DNA of 64,000 nucleotides from Clostridia bacterium (lineage in GTDB: Bacteria > Bacillota > Clostridia > Oscillospirales > CAG-272), in contig JAFVXH010000019.1 of the NCBI GenBank assembly GCA_017501225.1, positions 266,666 to 330,665 of the forward strand, written 5' to 3'. The notes under the pieces are model-generated. The model was given only the letters and a program-made list of their open reading frames with translations, was not told the origin of the DNA and did not search any database. Below are positions 1-10,600 of the stretch, in pieces. Position numbers and translations under genes: made by a program. Each line of letters starts with the position of its first letter. Positions within the stretch are counted from its first letter, which is position 1.

Positions 1-433
1 GAACGCGAATGTAGATCTTGGAAGCAAGCTTTCGGATGAAGGTATAGCCCTCATATCCGTCCTTTTGCAGATTGCGCGAGCCGATGATGATATCGTGATC
101 GGGATTTTGTTCAAACAGCTCTGCGATGCGTCCGATGACCTCGGTCCCGTAGGCAAGATCCGCGTCTGTGAAGATACGCACGTCACCCGTCGCGTTCAGG
201 ATCGCCTGCCTTACGGCATAGCCTTTGCCGCGATTGACGCTGTCACCGATCACCCGAACGCAAGGAAGATTCAACGCCTCCACCGTCTTGTCACATCCGT
301 CCTGGCTTCCGTCGTTGGAGAAAATGATCTCGTAATCCTCAAAATTCGCCGCCATATAGTCCGAGAGTGTCCTCGCACTTTGCGCGATGATCCTGTTCTC
401 GTTATACATCGGGATACAAACCGAAATTTTCAT
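1..433 (-). CDS. Glycosyltransferase family 2, N-terminal part (3' end leaves the window)
   Basis: Absent from the ORF track because it runs off the edge. Minus-strand translation from ATG 433 reads MKISVCIPMYNENRIIAQSARTLSDYMAANFEDYEIIFSNDGSQDGC...VNRGKGYAVRQAI...FTDADLAY, a typical GT2 N-terminus with DxD. AAAGGG RBS upstream. The listed + ORF 65..451 is its antisense shadow. Confidence 0.85.
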   Translation of the reverse strand, partial: MKISVCIPMYNENRIIAQSARTLSDYMAANFEDYEIIFSNDGSQDGCDKTVEALNLPCVRVIGDSVNRGKGYAVRQAILNATGDVRIFTDADLAYGTEVIGRIAELFEQNPDHDIIIGSRNLQKDGYEGYTFIRKLASKIYIRV

Positions 434-437
434 GCTT

Positions 438-1268
438 TCAGCCCTTTCTGAAAATAAAAATGTCAAACTCCACCTCAGTCGTCAGTGTTTCCAACCCGTC
501 AAGCTTTGCTTTGTCGGAGTCTGAGGTGCGGAAATAGTACGGTGTCATGGAAAAGAGCGCTTGAATCTGCGCATTTCCCGATACAGTGATTTCGTAATGA
601 AGTGTTTCCTTGTGAAGCAGCGGCATTTTCTTGGGAAGATCTGCTCTTCCGGGATTTAAGTAAGGGGTTTCGTACAGTCTTTCCTTCAGTCCGAGTAGAT
701 GCCGCTCTCCGGCACCTACCAGAATCAAATGACCGTTTTGATTCAGCGCGCGTAAAAATTCCTCCTCTGCGCAGGGGGCAAACAGATTCAAAACGGTATC
801 AAAGGAAGCATCCCGTACGGGGAGAGAAAAGATGCTTGCAACAGAAAATCCCACGCAATTTCCTTGCACTTTTGCACTTTTTGCGGCAAAATCGACTCCG
901 TCCTTGGACAAATCGATCCCAAGGACACATCGTTCTTTGCTTGCAGCACGGTTGGTATAGTACCCTTCACCGCAGCCCGCGTCGAGGATCTTCTTTGCGT
1001 CAAGCTCGGCAAGCAATTCATTGATGCGGTTGGAGAGCGGCTGATAGTATCCTGCCTCCAGGAAGGCGCGGCGCGCACGGACGGATGCTTTTCCGTCCCC
1101 CTCCAGCTTCTGCCCTGCCGTCAGGTTCAGGTATCCGCTGCGAGAAAAATCAAAGCTGTGACGGCGTGCTCCGTCGCAAAAGCAGCTTTTTTGATCCTTT
1201 GTGATCTGTAAGGATCCCCGACAGACGGGACATGCAAGCAGATTCAAAAGTTCCTGATCCAAGGTCAA
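438..1268 (-). CDS. rlmA: 23S rRNA (guanine-N1)-methyltransferase, RlmA-like SAM-dependent methyltransferase
   Basis: N-terminal Zn-ribbon (LLACPVCRGSL...CFCDGARRHSFD) and SAM motif ILDAGCGEGYY. Start placed at in-frame TTG 1268 (LTLDQELLNLLACPVC). The ATG at 1316 would overlap the kinase gene by about 50 nt. Start is uncertain. Confidence 0.75.
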   Translation of the reverse strand: MTLDQELLNLLACPVCRGSLQITKDQKSCFCDGARRHSFDFSRSGYLNLTAGQKLEGDGKASVRARRAFLEAGYYQPLSNRINELLAELDAKKILDAGCGEGYYTNRAASKERCVLGIDLSKDGVDFAAKSAKVQGNCVGFSVASIFSLPVRDASFDTVLNLFAPCAEEEFLRALNQNGHLILVGAGERHLLGLKERLYETPYLNPGRADLPKKMPLLHKETLHYEITVSGNAQIQALFSMTPYYFRTSDSDKAKLDGLETLTTEVEFDIFIFRKG

Positions 1269-2827
1269 CCCTCCTCGATGAAATCGGTGGTAACGTCTAC
1301 GACGGTATTGGAGCAATCGGGATAATGGATGGGAAGCTCAAACCAGAAGCACGAGCCTTTTCCAAGCTCGCTGGAAAGCCCGTAGTTTGCGGAATGCTTC
1401 TCCAGCACCTCCTTGACGATCGAAAGCCCGAGTCCGCTGCCGATGATGGCGCGACGGTGGGATTTTTGACCGCGATAATAGGATTCCCAGATGTGCGCCT
1501 GCTCCTCTTTGGGGATTCCGCTTCCCGAATCGGTCACGCTGATGCGGACCTGATCGTCAAGAACGGTTTGTCGAACCAAGACAAGCTTGTCCTCTCCCGT
1601 ATAGTGAATGGCATTGTTGATCAGATTGTAAATGACCTGCAGAGTCATGTATCGGTCGGCGTACACCGTTACGTTTTGCTCGCATTCAAAGGAGATGCAG
1701 TAGCCCTGATGCTTGGTAAATGCCTCGTAACGCGTCAGGACCTCCCGTACCGCCTCCGTGATGTCAAAGACGCTCATCTCAAGCGAACGGCTGCCCGATT
1801 GGATGCGGGAAAGATCCAAGAGATCGTTGACGAGTGAGGAAAGATGCTCGGTTTCGTCCACGATCAGCTGCAGATTTTCAGGTGTGTTCTCGCCCGGAAT
1901 GTCACGCATGACCTCGGCATATCCCTTGACCATGGTCAGAGGGGTGCGAAGGTCGTGCGAAATGTTGGCGATCAATTCCTTTTGCAGCTTATCGACGCGC
2001 GAAAGCTCCTCGGATGCGTAGTTCAGCGTATCGGCAAGCTCACGCGTTTCGAGAAAGTCGTCGCCTGAAAATTCCGCGTTGTAGTTTCCGCGCGCCAGCT
2101 CCTTGGCGGAGTTCGTCATCTGAATGATCGGCTTTGAAATGCGTTGATACATAAAGAGGACGGTGAAGATCGTGATGATCAGGACCACCGCAAGGATCCA
2201 CGTGTACTGCATCTTCAGGATCTGAACCGTTCCGACCAACGGATACAGAGCGGCAGTCAGAACGAGCATGTACTGCTCCCCGGTGTTGGGGTTTTGCGCG
2301 AGCTGAACGCTGATAAAGCGCGTGCTTTTTTGAATGGATTCGGACTGAAAATTTTTATCGTTCTGAATGAGCTGCTCCCAGAACGAAAGCTTCTCCTCCT
2401 CATAATTTCCGAGCGAAAAGCGCGTGCAGAAATATCCGTCCTCCTGCAAGGCTCTTTGATAGTATTCATTCAAACGCTCTCTCGAAAATGCGATGGGCAT
2501 GGGATTTCCGGAGGGATCGATGGAGAACACCGGAGCGCTGCCCCCCGCGGGATCCAACCGATAAACGGTGACGCCAATGGTGTGGTCCTGTGCCGCACGA
2601 TAAGCAAGCGTTTCCATGGATGCCTCTCCAACCACGGCGGCAAGCTCATGTGCGCTTTGCTTCAGCTCGTCCTTTTTGATAATCCGAAAGAAGGAGCTCA
2701 AAAGGAAGACCTGAAAAAGCCACGTCACCGCAAGCACGAGGATCGCAAACGCGCTCAGGTAAAAACCGAGCTTCCAACGGATGCTGAGCGTCCGCTTGAC
2801 TTTTTTCTGTCTGTTTTTCTCTCTCAT
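1265..2827 (-). CDS. Sensor histidine kinase (HAMP-HisKA-HATPase)
   Basis: 520-aa ORF with two TM segments, H-box ISHDLRTPLT, N-box NLINNAIHYT, and G-boxes DSGSGIP and GSGLGLSIV. Overlaps the response regulator gene by 4 nt. Confidence 0.93.
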   Translation of the reverse strand: MREKNRQKKVKRTLSIRWKLGFYLSAFAILVLAVTWLFQVFLLSSFFRIIKKDELKQSAHELAAVVGEASMETLAYRAAQDHTIGVTVYRLDPAGGSAPVFSIDPSGNPMPIAFSRERLNEYYQRALQEDGYFCTRFSLGNYEEEKLSFWEQLIQNDKNFQSESIQKSTRFISVQLAQNPNTGEQYMLVLTAALYPLVGTVQILKMQYTWILAVVLIITIFTVLFMYQRISKPIIQMTNSAKELARGNYNAEFSGDDFLETRELADTLNYASEELSRVDKLQKELIANISHDLRTPLTMVKGYAEVMRDIPGENTPENLQLIVDETEHLSSLVNDLLDLSRIQSGSRSLEMSVFDITEAVREVLTRYEAFTKHQGYCISFECEQNVTVYADRYMTLQVIYNLINNAIHYTGEDKLVLVRQTVLDDQVRISVTDSGSGIPKEEQAHIWESYYRGQKSHRRAIIGSGLGLSIVKEVLEKHSANYGLSSELGKGSCFWFELPIHYPDCSNTVVDVTTDFIEEG

Positions 2828-3522
2828 ACGCTCTCGAACCGGTAACCCACACCGCGCAGGGTGACGATGCAGGAGCTATATCTTCCAAGGCTTTTACGCA
2901 AAAGCTTGATATGGGTATCCAAGGTTCTGGCATCTCCGAAAAAGTCGTAGCCCCATACCTCGCAAAGCAGCTTTTCGCGGGAAAGCGCAATGTTTCTGTT
3001 CGCCAGCAAATAGAAAAAGAGATCGTATTCCTTGGGGGACATGTCTATGCGCTGCCCGTCGATAAAGACCAGTCTTGCCGTAACGTCAGCGCGAAGGCCA
3101 CCTCCGTCAAGCTCGACGATCAGGTTCTGCTTGGGAGCTTGCGCACCAAAGCTTTCCGGGGCTCTGACACGCTTCATGATCGCATCGACGCGAAGCATCA
3201 ATTCCTTGGGAGAAAAGGGCTTGGTAACGTAATCGTCCACACCTACCTCAAAGCCATTGATGCGGTCGTACTCCTCCCCGCGTGCCGAAAGCATGATAAT
3301 GGGAGTTTTTACCGTCTTACGGATCTCACGGCATGCGGAAAAGCCGTCAAGCTCGGGCATCATGATGTCCATGATGATCAGATCGTATTGATTCTTGCGA
3401 CACAAAAGCACTGCCTCCATGCCGTCGCCCGCCTCGGTTACGGTGTGACCCTCAAACTCCGCATATTTACGGATGATGGCACGGATGCGCGCCTCATCGT
3501 CCACAACCAGAATATGATACAC
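2824..3522 (-). CDS. OmpR/PhoB-family response regulator
   Basis: 232-aa ORF with a receiver domain (ILVVDDE...IIMDIMMPELDG...VTKPF) and a winged-helix output domain (TLDTHIKLLRKSL...TLRGVGYRF). Confidence 0.95.
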   Translation of the reverse strand: MYHILVVDDEARIRAIIRKYAEFEGHTVTEAGDGMEAVLLCRKNQYDLIIMDIMMPELDGFSACREIRKTVKTPIIMLSARGEEYDRINGFEVGVDDYVTKPFSPKELMLRVDAIMKRVRAPESFGAQAPKQNLIVELDGGGLRADVTARLVFIDGQRIDMSPKEYDLFFYLLANRNIALSREKLLCEVWGYDFFGDARTLDTHIKLLRKSLGRYSSCIVTLRGVGYRFESV

Positions 3523-3636
3523 TTGGATGTCTTCCTTTCTTTCTCGCTTGTTTGATTCTTTTAGCCCATTTTAAAACGGCAATGTGACGGTTGCTTGAAG
3601 GGCAACGAAAAAAAGCTCGAAAAATTTTGTTTATCC

Positions 3637-3665
3637 TTGTTTTTTTCAGGTTTTTTTGATATAAT
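3637..3665 (+). promoter_or_regulatory. Sigma-A type promoter of the QueG-like/addBA transcription unit
   Basis: TTGTTT (3637-3642), 17 nt, then TGaTATAAT with -10 at 3660-3665. Followed by CGGATA at 3671-3676 and a 5' hairpin ATCGGA...TCCGAT. Confidence 0.5.
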
Positions 3666-3733
3666 GAAATCGGATATATTTAATTTGTGTCCGATATGCC
3701 TATTATAACACATTTTTTGGGAAAGGGGAAGAC

Positions 3734-4573
3734 ATGTTTTCATTTTTATCGAATTTTTTCGCAAAAAAAGGAATTGATTGCTTTGCCCCCATCCCTCTTG
3801 CAGATTGCTCGGTCGTTCGCCCCTATCTTTTGGAGCGTGCGGGCATTTCGGACGGCACCGCAATTCTCTTTGCAGTTCCCTATTTTTCAAGCGACAGCAC
3901 CCTTCCCCGAAATCTTTCCGCGTATTCGGTGCCAAGGGATTATCACGCTTATTTCAAATCTCTTTTTGAGGAGCTTCTCCCACAGCTTCGGGAGCGCTTT
4001 CCGCAATACCGTTTTGCGGGCTTTTCCGATCATTCGCCGATCGCCGAGATTGAGGCGGCGTGCCGCGCGGGCCTCGGTGTACTTGGAAAAAATCATCTTC
4101 TGATCACGAAGCGTTATGCTTCCTACGTCTTTTTGGGGGAGATCATCACGGACGCGCGATTGGAGTGCGTCTCGCAGCCCATCGGCTACTGCAGCGATTG
4201 CGGAGCGTGTCAAGCGGCTTGTCCGATGACAACGCACGGCGGTGTCTGCCTGTCCGCGCTGACGCAGAAAAAGGGGGAGCTTACAGACGGTGAGATCGCG
4301 TATTTGCGGGAATATTCCTCCGTATGGGGATGCGATATCTGTCAGGAGGTTTGCCCTCATACGAAACAGGCTTTGAAAGACAAAACCATCTTTTCTCCGA
4401 TTCCCTACTTTTCGGAAAACACGATCCCTTATCTGACAAAAGAAATTTTGGACGCCATGCCAGACGAGGAATTCGAAACGCGTGCTTACGCATGGCGCAC
4501 ACGGGCGGTCATCAGCCGCAATCTTGATCTGCTTGAAATGAATGACAGAGAGGAGGAGCACGAGGATGCTTAA
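3734..4573 (+). CDS. Epoxyqueuosine reductase (QueG)-like 4Fe-4S protein, short form
   Basis: 279-aa ORF with AAAGGGGA RBS. Two ferredoxin-type motifs, CSDCGACQAACP and CDICQEVCP, in QueG-like context (FLGEIITD, WGCDICQEVCPHTK). The C-terminal HEAT-like region of long QueG is absent. Confidence 0.6.
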   Translation: MFSFLSNFFAKKGIDCFAPIPLADCSVVRPYLLERAGISDGTAILFAVPYFSSDSTLPRNLSAYSVPRDYHAYFKSLFEELLPQLRERFPQYRFAGFSDHSPIAEIEAACRAGLGVLGKNHLLITKRYASYVFLGEIITDARLECVSQPIGYCSDCGACQAACPMTTHGGVCLSALTQKKGELTDGEIAYLREYSSVWGCDICQEVCPHTKQALKDKTIFSPIPYFSENTIPYLTKEILDAMPDEEFETRAYAWRTRAVISRNLDLLEMNDREEEHEDA

Positions 4574-7500
4574 GCTTATCTGCGGTCCGTCGGGCGCGGG
4601 AAAAACCGCATACCTGACCGAGCAGATCCGCAAGGATCTGCAAAATGGAATCCGCTGCTTTTTACTTGTGCCCGAGCAGCAGGCGTATATCAGCGAGCGT
4701 GATCTTCCCGCACTTTTACCGAAAAATGCAAGCCTTTTGTTTGAGGTCGTCAACTTTTCGGGACTGTGCGACGACGTTTTCCGTGCCTACGGCGGCTTTG
4801 CGAACGCATCGGTGGATGCGGGTGTGCGCACCGTTTTGATGTGGGATACGCTCCACACGCTCAGATCGCACCTGCTGCAATACGGCAAAAACGTGGGAAA
4901 TGATCCCTCCTTCCCCTCCATGATGCTCTCTACCGTAACCGAGCTGCGCCAGAACGGAATCGACGGTCTTGCTCTGGAAAGGGTCGCGAATGCCCTGGAG
5001 GATAGCGCAACTCTTAAGCGCAAGCTCTCCGATCTTTCTCTGATCGACGCATTCTATCATCACAGAATGGAGGAATGCTTTGGCGAGGATCCGTCGGACC
5101 GCCTTTCTCGGCTGGCGAGAACCCTGCAAGAGCATCCGTATTTCGAGGGCTGTCACGTCTACGTCGACTCCTTTACGGGCTTTACCGCGCAGGAATATCC
5201 CGTTTTGCTGGAGATATTGAAGCAGGCGGACTGTGTCACTGTCGCGCTTTGCAGCGATGCCTTCGCCTCGAAGCTCCCTCAGTTCGCGGGCACGGTAAAA
5301 GCAGCAAGACAGCTTGAAAAATATGCCTCTATGGCAAACGTCAACACCGAAAAGCTTCTTCTTCCAAGAAAGTGCGGTGCAAAGCCCGCCGCCCTGGAGA
5401 TCCTTGAGCGCGATCTCTGGCGATTTGGATCAAAATGTGACCCTGAGGAATGTAAACGGGCGAGCAACGACGGCTCGGTTCGCTTTGTCAAATGCTCCAA
5501 TCTTTATGAGGAGGCAGAGGTCGCTGCCTGGAACGTTCTGGAATTGGTGCAGAGCGGGATCCCCTATGGAGAAATCGCGATCGTCGCGCGCGATATGGAA
5601 GCCTACCGCGGTGTCATCGATGCGGCGCTGGAGCGATACGGGATTCCCTACTTCCTTTCCGAGCGCACCGATCTGACCTCCAAGCCCATTTCGCGTCTGA
5701 TCCTCTCCGCCCTGCGCGCAGTGACATACCGTTACCGCTCGCAGGATATCATCACGATGCTCAAAACGGGACTTGCGGGAATTGACGCCAAGGATACTGC
5801 CCTATTTGAGGAATATTGCGATACCTGGCATATCAACGGCGCTCGCTTTGCCGATCCGCTCTGGAGCATGAATCCCGACGGACTGACGACCGATCGGTCC
5901 GCGCGTGCCGAGGAGATTCTGGAGTCCGCCAACCGTACCCGCGCACATATCATGGAGCCTCTTTTGCGTCTTGAGGCTTCGATGAAAGCATCCAAAACCG
6001 TCAAGGAGAGATGCTGTGCAACCTATGAGTATCTTTGCGCGATCCGCCTTTCGGAGATCCTTTCCGAGAGAGCTGCACGGGAGCTTGCCGATTCTCAAGT
6101 CAGAAAGGCGGGCGAAACCCTTCGCCTTTACAGCGTATTTCTGGAAAGCCTGACGACTCTTGCGACGCTTCTGCCCGATAAAGAAATCTCCTGTGAGGAA
6201 TTTATCTCGGTATTGAGTCTTCTTTTTACGGAACGCGATCTGGGCTCCGTCCCCGCAACACACGACTGTGTGATCCTTGGCTCTGCCTCCACGCTTCGCG
6301 TCGAGAACGTCAAGGCGTCGATCCTCTTAGGCCTTTGCGAGGGCGAATTCCCGCGCGCCGTAACCGATACGGGGCTTCTGACCGAGATGGACAAGCTGAT
6401 CCTGGAGGACTTCGAGCTGCGCTTTGATACGGGTATGGCATCCCGTAACGAGGAGGAGCTTTTGCACGTATACCGTGCGATGACAAAGCCCACACAAAGC
6501 CTGCTGCTGTTTACGAACGCGCGCTTGCCGGACGGCTCTGAGCGCACGCCCTCCTTTGCCTTTGGGCGCGCCCTGCAGGTTTTGGGACGCGAGGAGCGCG
6601 ACGTCGAAGCGGTCAATCCGCACGCCATCAAGCAACGATCGACGAACGCAGCGGATCAGGCAAGACAGCTTGAGATTTCTCCGTGTGCATGCGGTACCGC
6701 CCTGCGTCTTTCACAGAGCAAAATCAAGGATTTTGTCAACTGCCCCTATTCTTATTACAGTCGCTACGTGCTCATGCTCCGCGACAAAAAGGACGCAACG
6801 CCTTCGCTTGCGGACGACGGAACCTTCTTGCATTACGTTTACGAAAACTTTTTACGCGTGTCGCTTTCCGAGGACGGCACGCTGCGTCTTCCGAATGACG
6901 GGGAGATCGAGGATATTGCAGACGGTATCATCGAACGGTATTTGACCGAGATCTATCCCGTTTCGCCCGACGAAATGGATCAGCGTCTGGTACATCTGTT
7001 CAACCGCTTGCGCGGACTTTCTTTGATGATGCTTCGCCATATGGTCGCGCAGCTGCGGGAGAGCAAATTCGTTCCCACCTACTTTGAAAAAGGCATTGGG
7101 CGCAAAGGGACGGACAGTCTGCCCGCCGTCAGGATCGAGCTGGAAAACGGCTCCTTTGTCACCTTGAGCGGTCAGATCGACCGTGTGGATCTTTACGAAA
7201 AGGACGGAGAGATCTACGTGACCGTAACCGACTACAAGGCGGGCGCACATGATAAATTTTCGATCTCACAGGTGCGCTCCGGCATGGATATTCAGCTCGT
7301 TCTGTACCTCTTTGCGCTCCGCACATCCGATCCGCGTGTCCGCATCGCGGGGGCTGAGTATCTCTTTACTAAGACGAGCAAGGGCTCGACCGCGATCGAG
7401 CATACGGGCTTTGCGCTCAACGACGCGGAAATTCTCGATTCTCTGGATGCAAGTGAGGAAAAGGTTCACTTGCGCGGACTCCTGATGCAAAGTGAGGAGG

Positions 7501-7649
7501 AGCTGCAGGAGCTGCAGGAGGAAATGATCGCAACCACCAAGCGGATCGCTCTGCGCATCCTTTCGGGTGAGGCGCAAAAGACCCCATCCGAGAAGGCGTG
7601 CAGATTCTGCCCCGTCAAGGAAAGCTGTGACGTGGCATACCGAAAATAA
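4566..7649 (+). CDS. addB: ATP-dependent helicase/nuclease AddAB, subunit B
   Basis: Start at ATG 4566 after GAGGAGGAG (the track start 4542 lacks an RBS). Walker A GPSGAGKT. C-terminal RecB-type nuclease with Fe-S staple cysteines (NCPYSYY ... CRFCPVKESC). Immediately upstream of addA. Confidence 0.92.
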   Translation: MLKLICGPSGAGKTAYLTEQIRKDLQNGIRCFLLVPEQQAYISERDLPALLPKNASLLFEVVNFSGLCDDVFRAYGGFANASVDAGVRTVLMWDTLHTLRSHLLQYGKNVGNDPSFPSMMLSTVTELRQNGIDGLALERVANALEDSATLKRKLSDLSLIDAFYHHRMEECFGEDPSDRLSRLARTLQEHPYFEGCHVYVDSFTGFTAQEYPVLLEILKQADCVTVALCSDAFASKLPQFAGTVKAARQLEKYASMANVNTEKLLLPRKCGAKPAALEILERDLWRFGSKCDPEECKRASNDGSVRFVKCSNLYEEAEVAAWNVLELVQSGIPYGEIAIVARDMEAYRGVIDAALERYGIPYFLSERTDLTSKPISRLILSALRAVTYRYRSQDIITMLKTGLAGIDAKDTALFEEYCDTWHINGARFADPLWSMNPDGLTTDRSARAEEILESANRTRAHIMEPLLRLEASMKASKTVKERCCATYEYLCAIRLSEILSERAARELADSQVRKAGETLRLYSVFLESLTTLATLLPDKEISCEEFISVLSLLFTERDLGSVPATHDCVILGSASTLRVENVKASILLGLCEGEFPRAVTDTGLLTEMDKLILEDFELRFDTGMASRNEEELLHVYRAMTKPTQSLLLFTNARLPDGSERTPSFAFGRALQVLGREERDVEAVNPHAIKQRSTNAADQARQLEISPCACGTALRLSQSKIKDFVNCPYSYYSRYVLMLRDKKDATPSLADDGTFLHYVYENFLRVSLSEDGTLRLPNDGEIEDIADGIIERYLTEIYPVSPDEMDQRLVHLFNRLRGLSLMMLRHMVAQLRESKFVPTYFEKGIGRKGTDSLPAVRIELENGSFVTLSGQIDRVDLYEKDGEIYVTVTDYKAGAHDKFSISQVRSGMDIQLVLYLFALRTSDPRVRIAGAEYLFTKTSKGSTAIEHTGFALNDAEILDSLDASEEKVHLRGLLMQSEEELQELQEEMIATTKRIALRILSGEAQKTPSEKACRFCPVKESCDVAYRK

Positions 7650-7666
7650 CGGGAAAGGAGAGCATC

Positions 7667-10600
7667 ATGGAAGAAAGAACTTGGACAGACTCGCAAGAGA
7701 ATGCGATGAAGCGCATGGATTGCGCGGTGCTGGTATCTGCCGCGGCAGGCTCCGGAAAAACCAGCGTTCTGAGCGAGCGAATTATCCGATCCCTGACCGA
7801 AACCGATCCCGACACCCCTCCCATTGACATCTCCCGCATTCTCGTAGTCACCTTTACACGTGCGGCGGCGGCAGAGCTGAAGGGACGTATTTCCAAGGCG
7901 CTTGGTAAGGCGATGCTGAAGCATCCGGATGACACGCGCCTTGCAAAGCAAATGCTTCTCGTCGGAAGCGCGCAGATCTCTACCATCGACTCCTTTTTTC
8001 AGAAATCCGTTCGCGACAATTTCGAAAAGCTTGGAATTCCCTCCAATTTTCGTATCGCGACCGAGGCTGAGGCGCTTCCCAAGGCATACGAGGTGCTGGA
8101 TGCTCTGATCGAGGAATACTATCAGAAATACAATACGTCAAGCAATGGAAATTTCCTTTCCCGCAACCGCGAAAACCGTTTCGCGATCGCGCTGGACAGC
8201 TTGATCTCTAACCGCAGTGACGGTGCGCTGAATCAAAAGCTCCTTGATTTTTACGGCAAATTCTCCAAGTATCCCACGGGAATCGAGGTTCTGCGCATCA
8301 GCACTGAGCGTCTTACGGAGGATATGAAGAAGCCGTTCTTCCAAACCACCTACGGCGTTCACATCCGTAAAACACAGATCGAACGCGTCACAGCCGCCCT
8401 GGCTTATCTGGAGCAAGTGGAGCGCGAGCTTGCAAGCAATCAGAGGGAGCTTTTGGCGTGCAGCGGGATTCTTTCCTTTGATCAGGATCTTTGCGCGGCT
8501 CTTTTGCGCGCCCTTGAGGAATCGGACTATTCGGCTTGCAGAGCTTTGGCAAAGCAATCCGCGTTCCCGAGCTTTCCGAAAATTTCGGGAGGCAAATCCG
8601 ATGCCGCATCCCGTTATCACGCCTGGAGAAATGCCTTCAAGGAGGAAAACGCGGAGCAGATGCGCCTTTTTGCCGATTTTGATGAGGCGGATATCCACCG
8701 TCATCTGCAGGCAACGGCAGATCTTGCGTGGATGCTCTATTCCTTCTATTCGGATTTCAGAGCACGCTTCCTTGAGGTAAAAAAGGAGCATGGCATGCTG
8801 GAGCACAACGACGTTCGAAGCATGCTTTACGAGCTGCTGACACAGGACGGCGGAGCTCCGTCGGAATACGCAAAAAGCATTTCGTCACAGTACGATGCCG
8901 TTTACATCGACGAGTACCAGGACGTCGACAGCATGCAGGACAGCATCTTCTCCCTGATCGGCAGGGACAAGCGGTTTATGGTAGGCGATATCAAGCAAAG
9001 CATTTACGGATTTCGCGGAAGTGAGCCAAGGCTCTTTTCCCATTACCGCAAGCAGATGCCGCTTTACGGCACGAAGGGCGCAGGGGGTGAGAACGGAGTC
9101 AGCGTCTTTATGTCCGAGAACTTCCGTTGCAACAAGCCCGTGATTGATTTTGCCAATCGTATCTGTTCCTTTTTGTTCTCCGCATCCGAGGAAAACGTCG
9201 GCTACCGTGAGGAGGACGATTTGAAGTTTGCCAAGCGGTGCGACAACCCCTCCCCTGCTCCCGTACAGCTGGTCGTATTCGAGCCTCCCGCGCGAAAATC
9301 CAAGCATGCGCAAGTCGAAAGCAATGCGGAGGAGAGATCCTCGGATACGTCGCAGAAACAAGAGATCCTCTGGACCGCCGCCGAAATCTCCCGCTTGCTC
9401 CGAGAGGAGTGTCTGGACGATGGAAAGGCAATCAAGCCCTCGGATATCGCGATCCTTTTGCGCTCCAATACCGCCGCCGACGATTACGTTGAGGCGTTGG
9501 AGGCGCTTGGAATTCCCGCCAAGGCTGAGGGGGCTACCGGAGTTCTCGAAACTCCCTTTATGACTGACGTGCTCAATCTTTTGCGCGCGGTGGACAATCC
9601 TTACCGCGATATTCCGCTATCCGAGTTTTTGATCTCGGAATTCGGCGGCTTCTCTCTGGAGGAGGTACGCACGGTTCGCCTCTCGGCAGATCAGGATCGC
9701 TCCCTGTTTGATGCATTGACGACCGTTTCACAGCACGAAGAACACCCTCTGTCGCAGAAGGTACGCTCTAAATTGGAATGGCTGGCTCATCTGCGCGAGC
9801 TTGCCGCCGCAGAGCCCGCCGACCGTTTCCTGCATCTGCTGTATCTGGAGGAGCTCCTGCTCCCGTATACGCAAAGTGAGGAATTGCTTTATCTTTACGA
9901 GCTGGCACGCACCTTCCAGCGTCAGTCCTTTGGAGGACTGTACGGATTTTTGAATATGATCTCCAAATATCTGGAAAACGGTCAAGCACCCACGAGCGGC
10001 TTTGCCCGGGAGGGGGGCGCTGTCCGCGTCATGACCATGCACAAATCCAAGGGCTTGGAATTCCCCGTCGTTTTTGTCGGTCAGTGCGGCACCAGGATGA
10101 ACGTGGACGATCTGAAGGAGCCCTTGATGTTCCACGACAGCGTCGGCTTTGCGTCGCAGATCTTCAATCCACTCACCCGCAATCAAGAGGAAACCGCGGC
10201 GAGGTGCGCACTCAAATCCGTGATCGAGCAGGAGCTCAAGGAAGAAAATATCCGCGTTCTGTACGTTGCGCTGACGCGTGCCCGCGAAAGACTGTACGTG
10301 ACGGGTACTCTTCAGGGCAAGATGGAAACGGCTGAAAAGAACGCCAGAAGAATTCATCTCGGGGATCGCTATTCGATTTTGAATGCTTCAAATTATCTGA
10401 CCTGGCTGCTTGCGGCATATTACAACCAAATGCCCAAAAAAGACGAAATTCCTTGCATTTTCCACCAAATCGGCGCGGATGAGAGCATTGATGCCATCCC
10501 GCTTTTCGAGAAAAGCGGAACCAAGGAGGTGCAATCGGATCCGCAACAGTCCTCCCTTGATAAAGACACCCTGCGCTATTTGTCCGTCCTCGAAAATGCT

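Noticed and set aside
65-451. Three listed ORFs that are shadows of genes the track could not list: + ORF 65..451 (128 aa), + ORF 26393..26617 (74 aa) and minus ORF 62950..63924 (324 aa).
   Set aside because: The opposite strand encodes proteins with clear family signatures: the GT2 N-terminus, the DUF1540 Cys pattern and the PBP5-like fold. The true genes were missing from the track because they leave the window or fall below the size cutoff.
1265-1268. The TTGA stop/start overlap between the histidine kinase and the rlmA-like gene, considered as a special recoding site.
   Set aside because: It is ordinary translational coupling in a compact operon. The TTG start itself is only my best guess.
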